Positions 28,832 through 38,471 of a stretch of DNA of 64,000 nucleotides are shown piece by piece. The stretch is from a virus: positions 571 through 64,570 of the IMG/VR virus record IMGVR_UViG_3300044507_000046, one strand, 5' to 3'. The stretch's first letter is position 1; each line of letters opens with the position of its first letter. The notes beneath the pieces are model-generated. The model searched no databases. It saw only the letters and a program-made list of their open reading frames with translations, and was not told where the DNA came from. Position numbers and translations under genes: made by a program.

Positions 28832-28883
28832 TGTCGGTGTAGGAGAGGGACCGCCGGAACTTACCCTAGCACTGGAGGATGGT

Positions 28884-29219
28884 ATGACGGACACTTCGAC
28901 CTTCGCAGTCTTCACCGATCAGTTGTTCCTTCAGCTCGACCTTGATGTCATCCAAGGCAACACTCTCGCGGTCCGCAAGATTCTGGGCCGTGGCCCGGCC
29001 GTCAAGTTGTTTGAACTCTCGCCCGACCGCTCCAAGCCCGGTTTCTTCTTCGTCACTCGCATCTACAAAGGGCAGCGCGGTCATCGTACCCTCGGCTCCG
29101 CGCCCGCCACGATGATTCTGGAATGGTTGAAGCGGTTTGATTTCGTGGTGGACCCATGGAGCCCCGCACTGCTCCATAGCCTCAACCTCGCCTTCCTCAA
29201 GGCCCGGGTGACGCAGTAG
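28884..29219 (+). CDS. Hypothetical protein
   Basis: GGAGG RBS; first gene after the promoter. Confidence 0.7.
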   Translation: MTDTSTFAVFTDQLFLQLDLDVIQGNTLAVRKILGRGPAVKLFELSPDRSKPGFFFVTRIYKGQRGHRTLGSAPATMILEWLKRFDFVVDPWSPALLHSLNLAFLKARVTQ

Positions 29220-29230
29220 CATCATCCCAT

Positions 29231-29259
29231 CGGTCCGGTCCCATTCGGGGAGCCGACCG
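29231..29259 (+). repeat. Intergenic structured hairpin, copy 1 of 3
   Basis: CGGT-C-CGGT-CCC-ATTCG-GGG-A-GCCG-ACCG. Confidence 0.8.
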
Positions 29260-29284
29260 CCCCATCAGCACTGGAGATTTCACA

Positions 29285-29995
29285 ATGAAGACCACTCCCG
29301 CCATCACCAAGGGCTCCACCGTCCGTATCGCGGAACCCTCCCATTCAGCTTTCGGGGAATGGGTCACCGTGCTTCGCATCTCGCGCAAGACCGCACCCGC
29401 CGTCGCCAAGGTCGCTCGCCTCCATGGCGGCGAGTTGGACATCAACCTCAGCTTCCTCGCCCACGTCGCTTCCCTCATCAAGCCGGCACTCGATGCCATG
29501 GACGCGGCCGTGGCGGAGCGGAAGGCCGCATTTGCGGCCCGGGAGGAGGAGTGGAAGCAGGGACGGCGCCAGCGGTTTCTGGAGGAGGCCGCTACGCAGA
29601 CGCAGCAGGATAAGGGGTGGGATGCGGCGCAGCCCGTCTTCGAGAAGAACACCCACGTGAGCGTCAGCGACCTTGGCGGCCGGGTCACCATCAAGGGCAT
29701 CCCCTACAAGACCACGGACCGGAAGGGCAATGAAGTCGAGCGGCAGGATGACTACTACGTGGATGTGGCCCTGCGCAAGAACGGGGTGGCCGCGATGGTC
29801 GGGCTGAATGTCATGACGCGGGAGGTCAATTGGTCCGCGATTGGCAGCGTCTCTCCGGCCTTGGCCCGGGCCTATGCCCGGGCCCTCCTGTTCGCAGCGG
29901 ACCGGGCGGAGCTGATGACGCTCCCGACGGCCGAGCAGGTGAAGGCAATCGAAGCCCATTGGGAAGCCGAGCAGGCTACTTCCCTCGGGAAGTAA
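29285..29995 (+). CDS. Hypothetical protein
   Basis: GGAG RBS; 236 aa. Confidence 0.75.
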   Translation: MKTTPAITKGSTVRIAEPSHSAFGEWVTVLRISRKTAPAVAKVARLHGGELDINLSFLAHVASLIKPALDAMDAAVAERKAAFAAREEEWKQGRRQRFLEEAATQTQQDKGWDAAQPVFEKNTHVSVSDLGGRVTIKGIPYKTTDRKGNEVERQDDYYVDVALRKNGVAAMVGLNVMTREVNWSAIGSVSPALARAYARALLFAADRAELMTLPTAEQVKAIEAHWEAEQATSLGK

Positions 29996-30003
29996 CGCAG
30001 CAC

Positions 30004-30032
30004 CCGTCCGGTCGCATCCCGCGAACCGACGG
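30004..30032 (+). repeat. Intergenic structured hairpin, copy 2 of 3
   Basis: CCGT-C-CGGT-CGC-ATCCC-GCG-A-ACCG-ACGG. Confidence 0.75.
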
Positions 30033-30062
30033 TCACCCGCAGGACATAGGAGATGGACCGCT

Positions 30063-30557
30063 ATGATGACTCAGCGCAAGACCCGCCAGCACGATGTCAA
30101 GGGCCGGGAGCAGGAAGTCCTCAACCTTGTTCGGAAGCACATCACCGTCGGGGCCCAGTTCAATGTCAATGGACTCTGTGATTTGGCCAATGTGACGTCG
30201 CATCATGACCGCTCGATGGTGAGTCGGATCATGATGCGACTGGCCGCTCAGTCGCTCACCACCGGCATCATCGGACTCACCCCCACCAAGGTCCGTTTCC
30301 GAATCTATCAGCTTCAGGCTCCGCAGGAAGTGATCAATCACAAGGAAGCGGCCAAGGCGCTGAAGCAGGCCCTCGCCGCACAGAAACCCCTTGACTTTTC
30401 ACCACTCAACAAGGCCCCGACAGCTCCGGCGGTGTATGACCTCTCCTGCTTCAAGGATTCGGTGATGCTCTCGGCCGAGCAGGTGCGGGAGCTGACGGGA
30501 CGGGTCGAGAAGCTGGAGCAGCAGGTCAAGCTGCTGGCCTCGATGATGCTCAAGTGA
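30063..30557 (+). CDS. Hypothetical protein, possibly winged-helix with a C-terminal coiled coil
   Basis: AGGAG RBS; C-terminal heptad pattern. Confidence 0.65.
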   Translation: MMTQRKTRQHDVKGREQEVLNLVRKHITVGAQFNVNGLCDLANVTSHHDRSMVSRIMMRLAAQSLTTGIIGLTPTKVRFRIYQLQAPQEVINHKEAAKALKQALAAQKPLDFSPLNKAPTAPAVYDLSCFKDSVMLSAEQVRELTGRVEKLEQQVKLLASMMLK

Positions 30558-30961
30558 AGTCGGCCCAGCTCCCCATCGGGGTGCTGGAGGCGCTGGCCGG
30601 GAAACTCCCGGCCAGCGTGACCTCCTTCCCGGCGCTCCGGGCCTTCCTCAAGGCCGAACTCGGGGTGGACCTCAATCCGGCCGATCACCGGATGCTCAAG
30701 CAGTTGTTCCGGCGCTTCCTGACGGATGATGTCATCGTCCCCGGTGCCACCGTCCAGTACGATGGATGCGTGGATGTCGGAGAGCGGGCGGATGCGCCGG
30801 AGATTGTGCCCCAGCCCATCGGCACGCTGGAACGGTTCAGCACCCGGATGGGTTGGGCACGGGTAGACTTCGGCGGGGCGGGACTGGTGGAATGCCCCGT
30901 GGGGTCGCTGACGCTGATGAGTGATGAAGAACTCAATGAGGAGGGAGAGTGCCATGGCTGA
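30554..30961 (+). CDS. Hypothetical protein
   Basis: GTGA overlap; tiles with neighbours. Confidence 0.6.
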   Translation: MKSAQLPIGVLEALAGKLPASVTSFPALRAFLKAELGVDLNPADHRMLKQLFRRFLTDDVIVPGATVQYDGCVDVGERADAPEIVPQPIGTLERFSTRMGWARVDFGGAGLVECPVGSLTLMSDEELNEEGECHG

Positions 30962-31139
30962 GGACGTTACGCGGCTCCCCAAGTGGGCCCAAGACCGCAT
31001 CCACTACGCAGAGGCCCGCGCGGTGGCAGCAGAGAAGACGCTACTGGCTTTCGGGCAGCCCAACTCACCCTTCCGGGTGCAGGCATATACCGGGCCCAAG
31101 AGCACGCCCAGCACCATCGGGATTCCCGGTCGCTGGTGA
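30954..31139 (+). CDS. Hypothetical protein
   Basis: RBS GGAG; RLPKWAQ N-terminus. Confidence 0.55.
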   Translation: MAEDVTRLPKWAQDRIHYAEARAVAAEKTLLAFGQPNSPFRVQAYTGPKSTPSTIGIPGRW

Positions 31140-31194
31140 TGTACCCGGGCATGTCCAATGTCATCTATCTGGATATGAAGTAGCCCAGCAGCAT

Positions 31195-31223
31195 CGGTCC
31201 GGTCCCATTCGGGGAACCGACCG
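31195..31223 (+). repeat. Intergenic structured hairpin, copy 3 of 3
   Basis: CGGT-C-CGGT-CCC-ATTCG-GGG-A-ACCG-ACCG. Confidence 0.8.
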
Positions 31224-31257
31224 TCACCGTTGGACCTAAAGGAAAGAGGATACCACA

Positions 31258-32334
31258 ATGGAACTGTTCCACGCTTCCGCCCAGTGGGCCAGCCGCCCGG
31301 CCGATGAGAAGTTCAACAGCTTCGAGGCCCTCCACGCGGCCACCAAGGCCTATGCCGTCGCCGCCCGGGAGAAGACGGTGCCATGGACCTCGCTGCGGGT
31401 GGAGGCCCGGGAGACGGACCTGAGCCTAATTGGCTCGGCCGGAGTGCCGGCAACACTGACGCACTACGCCTTCGGGCAGCTGGCCTCCCGCATCGAAGCT
31501 CCGGCTTCCTATCTTCGGGCGCTGCCGCCGACGCTGGCTGCCCAGAACATCAACCACGGCCTCAAGGAGAAGGTCAACGGGGAGGCGCAGCTGCTCTTCC
31601 ACCAGAACGGCGGCCTGATCCTGCGGGCCGCGACCAGCGAGAAGTATGCCCGCATCTGGAACTATGAGGTGGTGGCCCGGCTCCAAGAGGCTGCCCACCG
31701 CTTCAACATGGTCCCGGCCCGGCAGACCTTCAGCTGGAGTGGCGACGCGGTGCCGGCCGATGCCCCGGCCGCGCTCTATGCGAGCGACCACGACATGTTT
31801 GCCTTCGCCATGAGCACCACGGCCGACGTGAAGGATCCAACCGGCGCCACCCTTCGGCGCGGCGTCATCGTGCAGAACTCCGAGGTGGGCGACTGCTCGC
31901 TGAAGATGATGCGCTTCCTGTTCCGTGACCTCTGCGCCAATCACATCATCTGGGGGGCCTCCGAAGTCATGGACATCCGGCTGACCCATATGGGCGACAT
32001 CCGGCAGCGGTGGAGCGACGCGGTGCTGCAGATTCGGAAGTATCTGGATGGCTCGGGCACGCTGCAGGAAGACATGCTCAAGCGGACCTCCCACGTGCTG
32101 GCTGCCTCCAAGGAGGAGGTGCTGGACCTGCTGTTCGGGATTCGCAAGCTCGGCTTCTCCCGCAAGCTGCTGGAGGCTGGGTATGACGCGGTGAAGCCCG
32201 AGGAGGATGGCCCGGCCAACACGGTCTGGGGGATGGCGCAGGGCCTCACCCGCTACTCGCAGACGGTGCCCTATGCCGATGAGCGGCAGGTCATCGACCG
32301 ACAGGCGGGCAAGCTGTTGGACTTCGTGTTCTAA
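31258..32334 (+). CDS. DUF932/DUF945-like phage-plasmid protein
   Basis: QWASRPADEKF, HYAFGQLAS, NSEVG..SL....FLFR.LCANH, TVWGMAQGLTR. Confidence 0.7.
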   Translation: MELFHASAQWASRPADEKFNSFEALHAATKAYAVAAREKTVPWTSLRVEARETDLSLIGSAGVPATLTHYAFGQLASRIEAPASYLRALPPTLAAQNINHGLKEKVNGEAQLLFHQNGGLILRAATSEKYARIWNYEVVARLQEAAHRFNMVPARQTFSWSGDAVPADAPAALYASDHDMFAFAMSTTADVKDPTGATLRRGVIVQNSEVGDCSLKMMRFLFRDLCANHIIWGASEVMDIRLTHMGDIRQRWSDAVLQIRKYLDGSGTLQEDMLKRTSHVLAASKEEVLDLLFGIRKLGFSRKLLEAGYDAVKPEEDGPANTVWGMAQGLTRYSQTVPYADERQVIDRQAGKLLDFVF

Positions 32335-32342
32335 GGATGGGG

Positions 32343-32373
32343 GCCTAGCGGGGCGCACCATGCCCCGCTAGGC
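32343..32373 (+). terminator. Putative intrinsic terminator
   Basis: GCCTAGCGGGGC-gcaccat-GCCCCGCTAGGC followed by TTCTCCCTT. Confidence 0.7.
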
Positions 32374-32402
32374 TTCTCCCTTCACTCTGAGGACCGCTCG
32401 AA

Positions 32403-35101
32403 ATGACTGATTCCACTGCCCTCCCGGATGCCCTGCGCCAACTCCACCGTCCGGGCGGCATGCTGCCGGTCCTGCTGACGGCCGATGAAGTCCGCTTCCT
32501 GCTCCAAGCCCTTGCCATCACCATCGCTGCCCTCCGGCAAGTCCCGGCCCACGTCGGCTCAGAGGCCATGATCCAGCAGGCGGCCAGTCTGGTGACGCGG
32601 CTCGATGTCCTGTTCAACCACGTCCCGTCCGTCTACACCCCGGAGGATTTGCCGGCCGCCTTTGACCGGCTTGCCCTCCTGTTCCATGCCCACTATGAAA
32701 GGGGGATGCCCAAGTGAGCTGTGCCCATTGTCGCGGCTCCCGCCGCCATGAAGAAACGGTGCGCCTCACTCCGGATTTCCTGCAGGCCGGCACCTGGGTC
32801 CAAGTCTATTGGGCCTACCCGCATCGGCGCTATGGGCTGCTCCAAGAGGCGGGATGGATTTCCGATCAAACCCGGGCCACTTCTCCCGAGTGGATTGATC
32901 AGATGGTAGCTGGGGCGCGCAAGCGCCTCAGCCGTCGCGCGCAGTTCACCTTCCGTCGCACCTACCACTCCCACCGCCCCGTCCGGGGCATGCGAGGCAA
33001 GTAATGGCCCTCCCCGTCAAGGAGGCGGATGACGTGTATGCTGCCGTCATCACCCTCAATGTGGCCCTCGAAGCCCTCCAGCAAGCCAACATGCGCGCAT
33101 CGCTCCATCTCTTGGAGTCGCCGCGCCAATTCGGTCAGTTGGAGCCGCCGCAAAGCTTCGTGACCGTGCGCATCTATGACCGCATTCCCCCGTCGGATCA
33201 CCTGCAGGTGAAAGGAGTGATGGGCTGATGCCGGACCACATTGAACCGCCCTTGTGCTACAATGGCCGCCCGCTCACCCACCGCACCCATGATGGCCGCA
33301 CGCCCGGGGATGTGGCCTATGAGCTGGTGTCGAGCGGCGGAAGCCGGGTGACGCTGGAGCCCGGGGATGTGACGCGGTATGATCTCGATCTGCTGCTGCT
33401 GCCCTTCGGGGGCACCCTGACGCTGCTGGTGGTGCGCCGCATTGGGCGCAATGGCCCCATTGTCGGGGTGGCCGAGGTGGTGAATGGCGCCGGTCATCAT
33501 GATATGAGCATGATCTGCGAGAAGAATGAATGGACCCGGACCCTGCTCCATTGGTGGGTGGTGCAGCAGGTCTGGCCCTTGGTGCAGGAAGGGGTTGGGG
33601 CCCGATGACCCGCTCCTTCGCCCAATTCGACCGGCACCTGCGACGCCAGCTGGCCCGCCGGGAGTTTGAGCAGGCGGCCCGGGAGTTTGTCAATGCCGCC
33701 TTCTATCTCCTCTGGGTGATGGTGGTGACCATTGTCGTCTTCGGCTGCACCATCGGGGGCATTTGGCGCGTCGCGGAATGGGTGGCCGGGCGATGAGGTA
33801 TATGGATTTTTGCTGCACCGGCATCCAGTATAACCAAACCACCTATGATGCCAATGGGCTGCGCTTCGGGGACATCCTGTTCCCGGAGCCTGTCCTATTC
33901 TTAGCGCAGGATAGCTCTCCGCGCCTCACGGCCCGGGCCGCCGCCAAGCATGGCCCCGTCCAGATCACCCTCTGGCGCGGGGAAGATCAGAAAGTGGCCC
34001 AGTTCACCATTCCGGCCGCGCAATTTGACCGGCACTACTTGCGGCTCAAAGGCCGCACCCTTCCCTGAAAGGCTCGCTCTCATGTCCAAACGTCTTCGCA
34101 TGATCTCACACAAGTCCCGGGCCCCTGCCTTGCCCCCGGCCACGGAGCCAGTGGTGGTGGCCCAGATTGCCTGTTGTGATCACTGGGGGCTGTACGTCCT
34201 CGACACCACGGGCCGCTTGTGGCAGGCGCTGGCCGGGCCGCCCGGCTCGTGGCAAGAGATTGCGTTGCCCCGGATTCCCGCTCCTCCGGCGGTGCCGGTG
34301 GGGGAGGCCCCATGACCGAGACTCCGCTGCAACCGCAGTTGGTCCAGCTGACCAACGTCCAGTTCATCACCGCAATGGCCCTCCTGATGCCAGAGCAACT
34401 GATGGAAGTAGGGGAAGAAGGCCACGTGCGCCCGGCCACCCCGCAAGAGAAGATCACCCGGGCCATGACCGTCTTCGCCATGGTGCTGTATCAGGAAGCC
34501 TGTGGCGCCATTGAGGCGGCCATCCGCAATGCCCAAGAGCAAGGCCGCACGGCCAAGAGCACTGCGGGCGGGCCGCCCTCCGGCACGGGCGGGCCCTCCC
34601 GGCTCATCCAGTGAGGCCCTGACCATGTTCCCTGAAATCACCGGCTTCGGGGGGAAGGCATGGGGCTTGGCCGGAGTGACGGCCCCGGGCCTCGTGGGCA
34701 CGGCATGGCTGGTGCGGCAACCGGCCAGTGCCACGGACGTCACCTTGAGCGTGGCCCGCTTGCTCATGGCCAGTACCTCCCCGGCCTCCGGCCCCGGGCA
34801 CTGGATGGTGTGGGTGATGCAGCTCAACGTCCCGGCCCAATGGGGCCCCGGCCGTATCCAACAGACCTTGCGGGCTGCCCCCGCCACCATCATCCAGCAG
34901 CCCGAGTTGGCGGCAGTCGAGCTGGAGAGTCATGCCCCGCAAACCCGGGCCATCTTGACCGAGGTCATCGAGCAACTGGCCGACCTCGCGGTGCGGGATT
35001 ACTTCCCCTTGCGGGCCGCAAGCGGGCCGCAACTGTGGGATCACCTGTCCCGACTGCTCACGGCTCGGGGCATCATTCTCAACACGGAGTCCCTTCAATG
35101 A
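32403..35101 (+). other. Run of 9 small coupled hypothetical genes (32403-32717, 32714-33004, 33004-33228, 33228-33608, 33605-33796, 33793-34068, 34082-34315, 34312-34614, 34625-35101)
   Basis: Head-to-tail ORFs, mostly with overlapping start/stop codons; no recognisable motifs. Confidence 0.6.
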
Positions 35102-35544
35102 AACTGCTGCTGATGTTCCTGCTGATGTTCCTGCTGGCCTGCGGCACGTCGCCCGCCACCGCGCCGGGGCCCGCCCTCACGGCTGCGCAACTGCGCGGCC
35201 CGTGGACCTTCACGCTTGCCTCGATGGCAGGCCGCTGCAGCGGGGCTGCCGGGGGCGGCGACCTCCACCTGACGCTGAGTGGCGATGCGAATGGGGACCT
35301 GATGCAGTTTGGCGATGTGCCGTGGGACTACGGGATTGTGACGGGAGAGATTCGCCTCAGCACCGGCGCGGTGGACTTGCGCCTCTGGAAGCAAGTGGCC
35401 GTGAGCGGGGCCCAACTGACCGGGACCATTGACCCGAGCACCCTCCGCTTCACTGGCCAGCTCATGGACCCGCAGCCCGGCATGCAGCCGATCTTTGTGC
35501 TGGGCCAGTGCCTCTTTCCGGTGACGGGAGGGCATGACGAATGA
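35098..35544 (+). CDS. Lipoprotein
   Basis: MKLLLMFLLMFLLAC signal with LLAC lipobox; beta-rich mature part. Confidence 0.7.
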   Translation: MKLLLMFLLMFLLACGTSPATAPGPALTAAQLRGPWTFTLASMAGRCSGAAGGGDLHLTLSGDANGDLMQFGDVPWDYGIVTGEIRLSTGAVDLRLWKQVAVSGAQLTGTIDPSTLRFTGQLMDPQPGMQPIFVLGQCLFPVTGGHDE

Positions 35545-36008
35545 ATGTGAACTGTGCCGCCTGCGGCAAGCCCCGGGCCGCCTATCAGCCCCAGCCGCAC
35601 GGGGGCTGGTACTGTAACGCGGAATGTGCCACATGGGCCGGGACCGATCTGCCGCCCACGGGCGGGGGGCGCTTCGGGGACTTCGTGCACCGGGCCGATG
35701 CGCCCGGGGTGGTGCGCCGGGTGGCCACGATGGCCCTGCTGCAACAGGCGGCCACGACGCTCGGGGTGACCCTGACGGATTCGTGGCCGGTGACCCGGGC
35801 CGCCTATCGCCGGGCCGCCAAACAGACCCATCCCGACGTGGCCGGGGGCTCCGTCGCGGCCTATCGCCGGGTCCAGACGGCCTTTGCCCTCCTCGGAGCC
35901 CTCCGGGACTGGGCGGTTGAGGCCCCGGGAAGTGGGTTGCCCGTGCCGGAGCGTGTGGCGGAGCCCGAGGCCCAGCCTCCGGGGCCTCCCGGGGAGGATC
36001 GGCCATGA
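35541..36008 (+). CDS. J-domain (DnaJ-like) protein with an N-terminal Zn finger
   Basis: AYRRAAKQTHPDVAGG...YRRVQTAF (HPD motif); CAAC...CNAEC. Confidence 0.8.
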   Translation: MNVNCAACGKPRAAYQPQPHGGWYCNAECATWAGTDLPPTGGGRFGDFVHRADAPGVVRRVATMALLQQAATTLGVTLTDSWPVTRAAYRRAAKQTHPDVAGGSVAAYRRVQTAFALLGALRDWAVEAPGSGLPVPERVAEPEAQPPGPPGEDRP

Positions 36009-37135
36009 AAACGCCCCGCTGGCGCCAGCCGCAGCTGGCCGGGATGCTGCGGGACTTCGGGGACTGGCTGGCGGCCCGGCCGGGCTCGCTGTTGGTCGGG
36101 ACCATCCATGATCGGGCGGACCTCGACGCGGAAATGATCCATTGGGCCGAGGCCCGGCGGCTGGAGTTGGCCGAGGCGGACCCGGCATGGCGGCTGCGGC
36201 AGCTGGTGGATGTGACGATGGCCGGGAGCGGGCCCTACTACTTCGAGGCCCGGCCCGGGGAGTTGGGGTTGTATGATGTCTGGCGCAGTCGGGCCAGCGG
36301 GGGCCGCGTGTCGGTGAGTACGCCGGTGCGCGTGAACCAGATGCCCTTGGCCCGGACCCAAGCGGTGGCCGTGTGCGCCGGGCTCAACCGAGTAGAGGAG
36401 GGCTCTCCATGACCCCTTTCATTGATGTTGCACTACTTGCGAAGACGGCGAATGAAGAAATTAGCAAGGCACTAGATCAATTTGGCTGGCTCTATAGTGA
36501 AGCAGATCGGCAACACTCTGAGACAGGCCATGTGATTGCATCCGAGTGGCGTGATAATATCCTCGCCCGTTTCGCCGCGCTCCAGCAGCGGGCCGAGGCG
36601 GCGGAGGCGAAGGTGGCCCAGCGCGACAAGAGTTTCACCGAATGGCGTGCGGAGAACCGATACGAACTTTCCACCGCGCAGGCCGAGGTCGCCCGGCTCC
36701 GCGAGGCGCTGGAGCAAGCCCATCACGGCTGGACGATCTCGCTCAACGATCTATCCTCGCTGCGCACCGACCTCGCCGCCGCGCAGGCCGAGGTCCAGCG
36801 GCTGCGGCAGAAGCTCATGGAAATTAGGGATGGCAAGTTTGATGATTTGGACCCGGACGATGGATTGCATCGCACCAGTGCCCGCGCGGTGGCGCGGGAC
36901 GCTCTCACTCTGGAGGGAGGATGTTAACATGGCCAAATCCAAAGTGCCGTTGATGTCGCTGCCGGTGACGCTGGTGGCGAAGTTGGGCCGCATCACACAG
37001 CACACCAAGGAATACTTCAGCCCCACCGGCCATCACTTTGATCGAGTGGCGCTGGAGCAGCTGCTCCATGATCCTGAGGTCACCACTTTCCTGACCTCGC
37101 ATGCGGCCTTCTTCCCGGTGACGCGCCATGGCTAA
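36005..37135 (+). other. Three small hypothetical genes (36005-36412; 36409-36927 coiled coil; 36929-37135)
   Basis: Coupled ORFs with RBSs; the second repeats AQAEVxRLR. Confidence 0.6.
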
Positions 37136-37475
37136 CCCCGTCACTCCTGCCGCCCGGGCCCGGGCCCTGAAGCAGAATACGGCCGCTGCCCAGAAGGTCA
37201 GTCGCCGAGTGTCCCATTTCATTGCCGTGGAATCGGTGCGCGGCCGTCCGCCCAAGGGGCCGCTGCCGCTCGACCTCATCAATCACCCGCCCCACTACAC
37301 TGCGCACCCCAGTGGGGTGGAATGTATCACCATCACCGAGCACATGACGTTCTGTGTCGGCAATGCGATCAAGTATCTCTGGCGGGCGGACCAGAAGGGC
37401 GGACTGGAAGATTTGAAGAAGGCGGCGTGGTATGTGGCGCGGGAGATTGCACGGATGGAGGCCGGGCCGGGATGA
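37128..37475 (+). CDS. DUF3310-family protein (T7 gp1.7-like)
   Basis: INHPPHY...GVECI...FCVGNAIKYLWRA..KGGLEDLKKAAWY. Confidence 0.85.
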   Translation: MANPVTPAARARALKQNTAAAQKVSRRVSHFIAVESVRGRPPKGPLPLDLINHPPHYTAHPSGVECITITEHMTFCVGNAIKYLWRADQKGGLEDLKKAAWYVAREIARMEAGPG

Positions 37476-37513
37476 GCGGTGGAGCGAACCTTTCCCTGAA
37501 TGGAGCGTGACCA

Positions 37514-37789
37514 ATGAGCAGTAGATATACTTGTGACCTCTGTAGTGCCCCTGTCCCCAATGTGACTAACATTGGGGAACAAGAATCTGTGATCCGCATC
37601 TGGACCTATGACACCCACCCTGTGGTGATTCGGGTCCGACTCAGTCAGTTCATGGGGAAACGCCATTTTTGTGATGCTTGTGTGCTGAAAGCTCTTGCGG
37701 AGAGCCAGCCCTATGATTATATGACTGATCCTGATGGGCTACGCCCCGCGCCAACTTCAATTCCCTCCCTGAGTTCTCGACGGAGATGA
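37514..37789 (+). CDS. Small Zn-finger protein, AT-richer than its neighbours
   Basis: CDLC...CDAC; GGAG RBS. Confidence 0.6.
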   Translation: MSSRYTCDLCSAPVPNVTNIGEQESVIRIWTYDTHPVVIRVRLSQFMGKRHFCDACVLKALAESQPYDYMTDPDGLRPAPTSIPSLSSRRR

Positions 37790-38094
37790 CCACCTCTCCG
37801 CGCCAACGGGCCATCCTGACCTTGCGGCATGTGGTGCGGAAATTGGGCCAGCATTACGTGGCCGAGGCCCAAGCCGAGGAGGAGGGCCGGGCCCGAGGGC
37901 GGGAGTGGCGGCGACGCCGGGGCCAGCTGGAACAGGCATGGGCCCATGCCGTGGTGCAGGTTTTGACGGTGACGGACGGCCGCCGTGACAGGATGAGGCC
38001 CGGCCGCTTGCTTCATTGGTCAGGTGAGAATGACAGGAAGATTCCCCGAAGCTCGCTTCATTTGTCAGGTGAGAGCGAGCGTGACCCGGGATGA
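37786..38094 (+). CDS. Hypothetical protein
   Basis: ATGA overlap; 3' part runs through direct repeats and may be fortuitous. Confidence 0.4.
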   Translation: MTTSPRQRAILTLRHVVRKLGQHYVAEAQAEEEGRARGREWRRRRGQLEQAWAHAVVQVLTVTDGRRDRMRPGRLLHWSGENDRKIPRSSLHLSGESERDPG

Positions 38095-38118
38095 AAATCA
38101 GTCGGAATCGTGGGGTTG

Positions 38119-38342
38119 GTATCGGCTGGTATCGGCTGGTATCGCCCCGACAATTCCCATGCTATAAGGAACGCGCGCATACTAGGCCCGGTATCGGGGT
38201 CAGCCCCCGCGAAATCCGAGGGTGAGAAGAAAATAGAAATCTGGAACCCCCCGATACCCGATACTGAGTGATAGCAAGCTGATGCCGCAGTTGAAGTTAA
38301 GATGGTATCGGCCCCCCGATACTCTGCGATACCGGACGATAC
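38119..38342. repeat. Iteron-like GTATCG/CGATAC array (10 copies); candidate origin or packaging site
   Basis: GTATCG at 38119, 38129, 38139, 38191, 38305; CGATAC at 38252, 38259, 38317, 38327, 38337; non-coding. Confidence 0.8.
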
Positions 38343-38471
38343 TCTAAGCAACGTGCGCGTAGATGTTAGATTTTCCAATGACAGTAGCGGGGTGTCTCGC
38401 GCGAAGGGAGCGGGATGATGACAGAATGTCGGGGCTCGCGATTGCAGAAATGCCACCGTATATTCAACTTC

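Noticed and set aside
29231..31223. Three repeats as a mini-CRISPR or as terminators
   Set aside because: Separated by whole genes, with bulged stems and no U-tract
35098..35544. Assigning a host taxon from lipoprotein style and GC content
   Set aside because: Supports only a GC-rich diderm host; anything finer needs a database search
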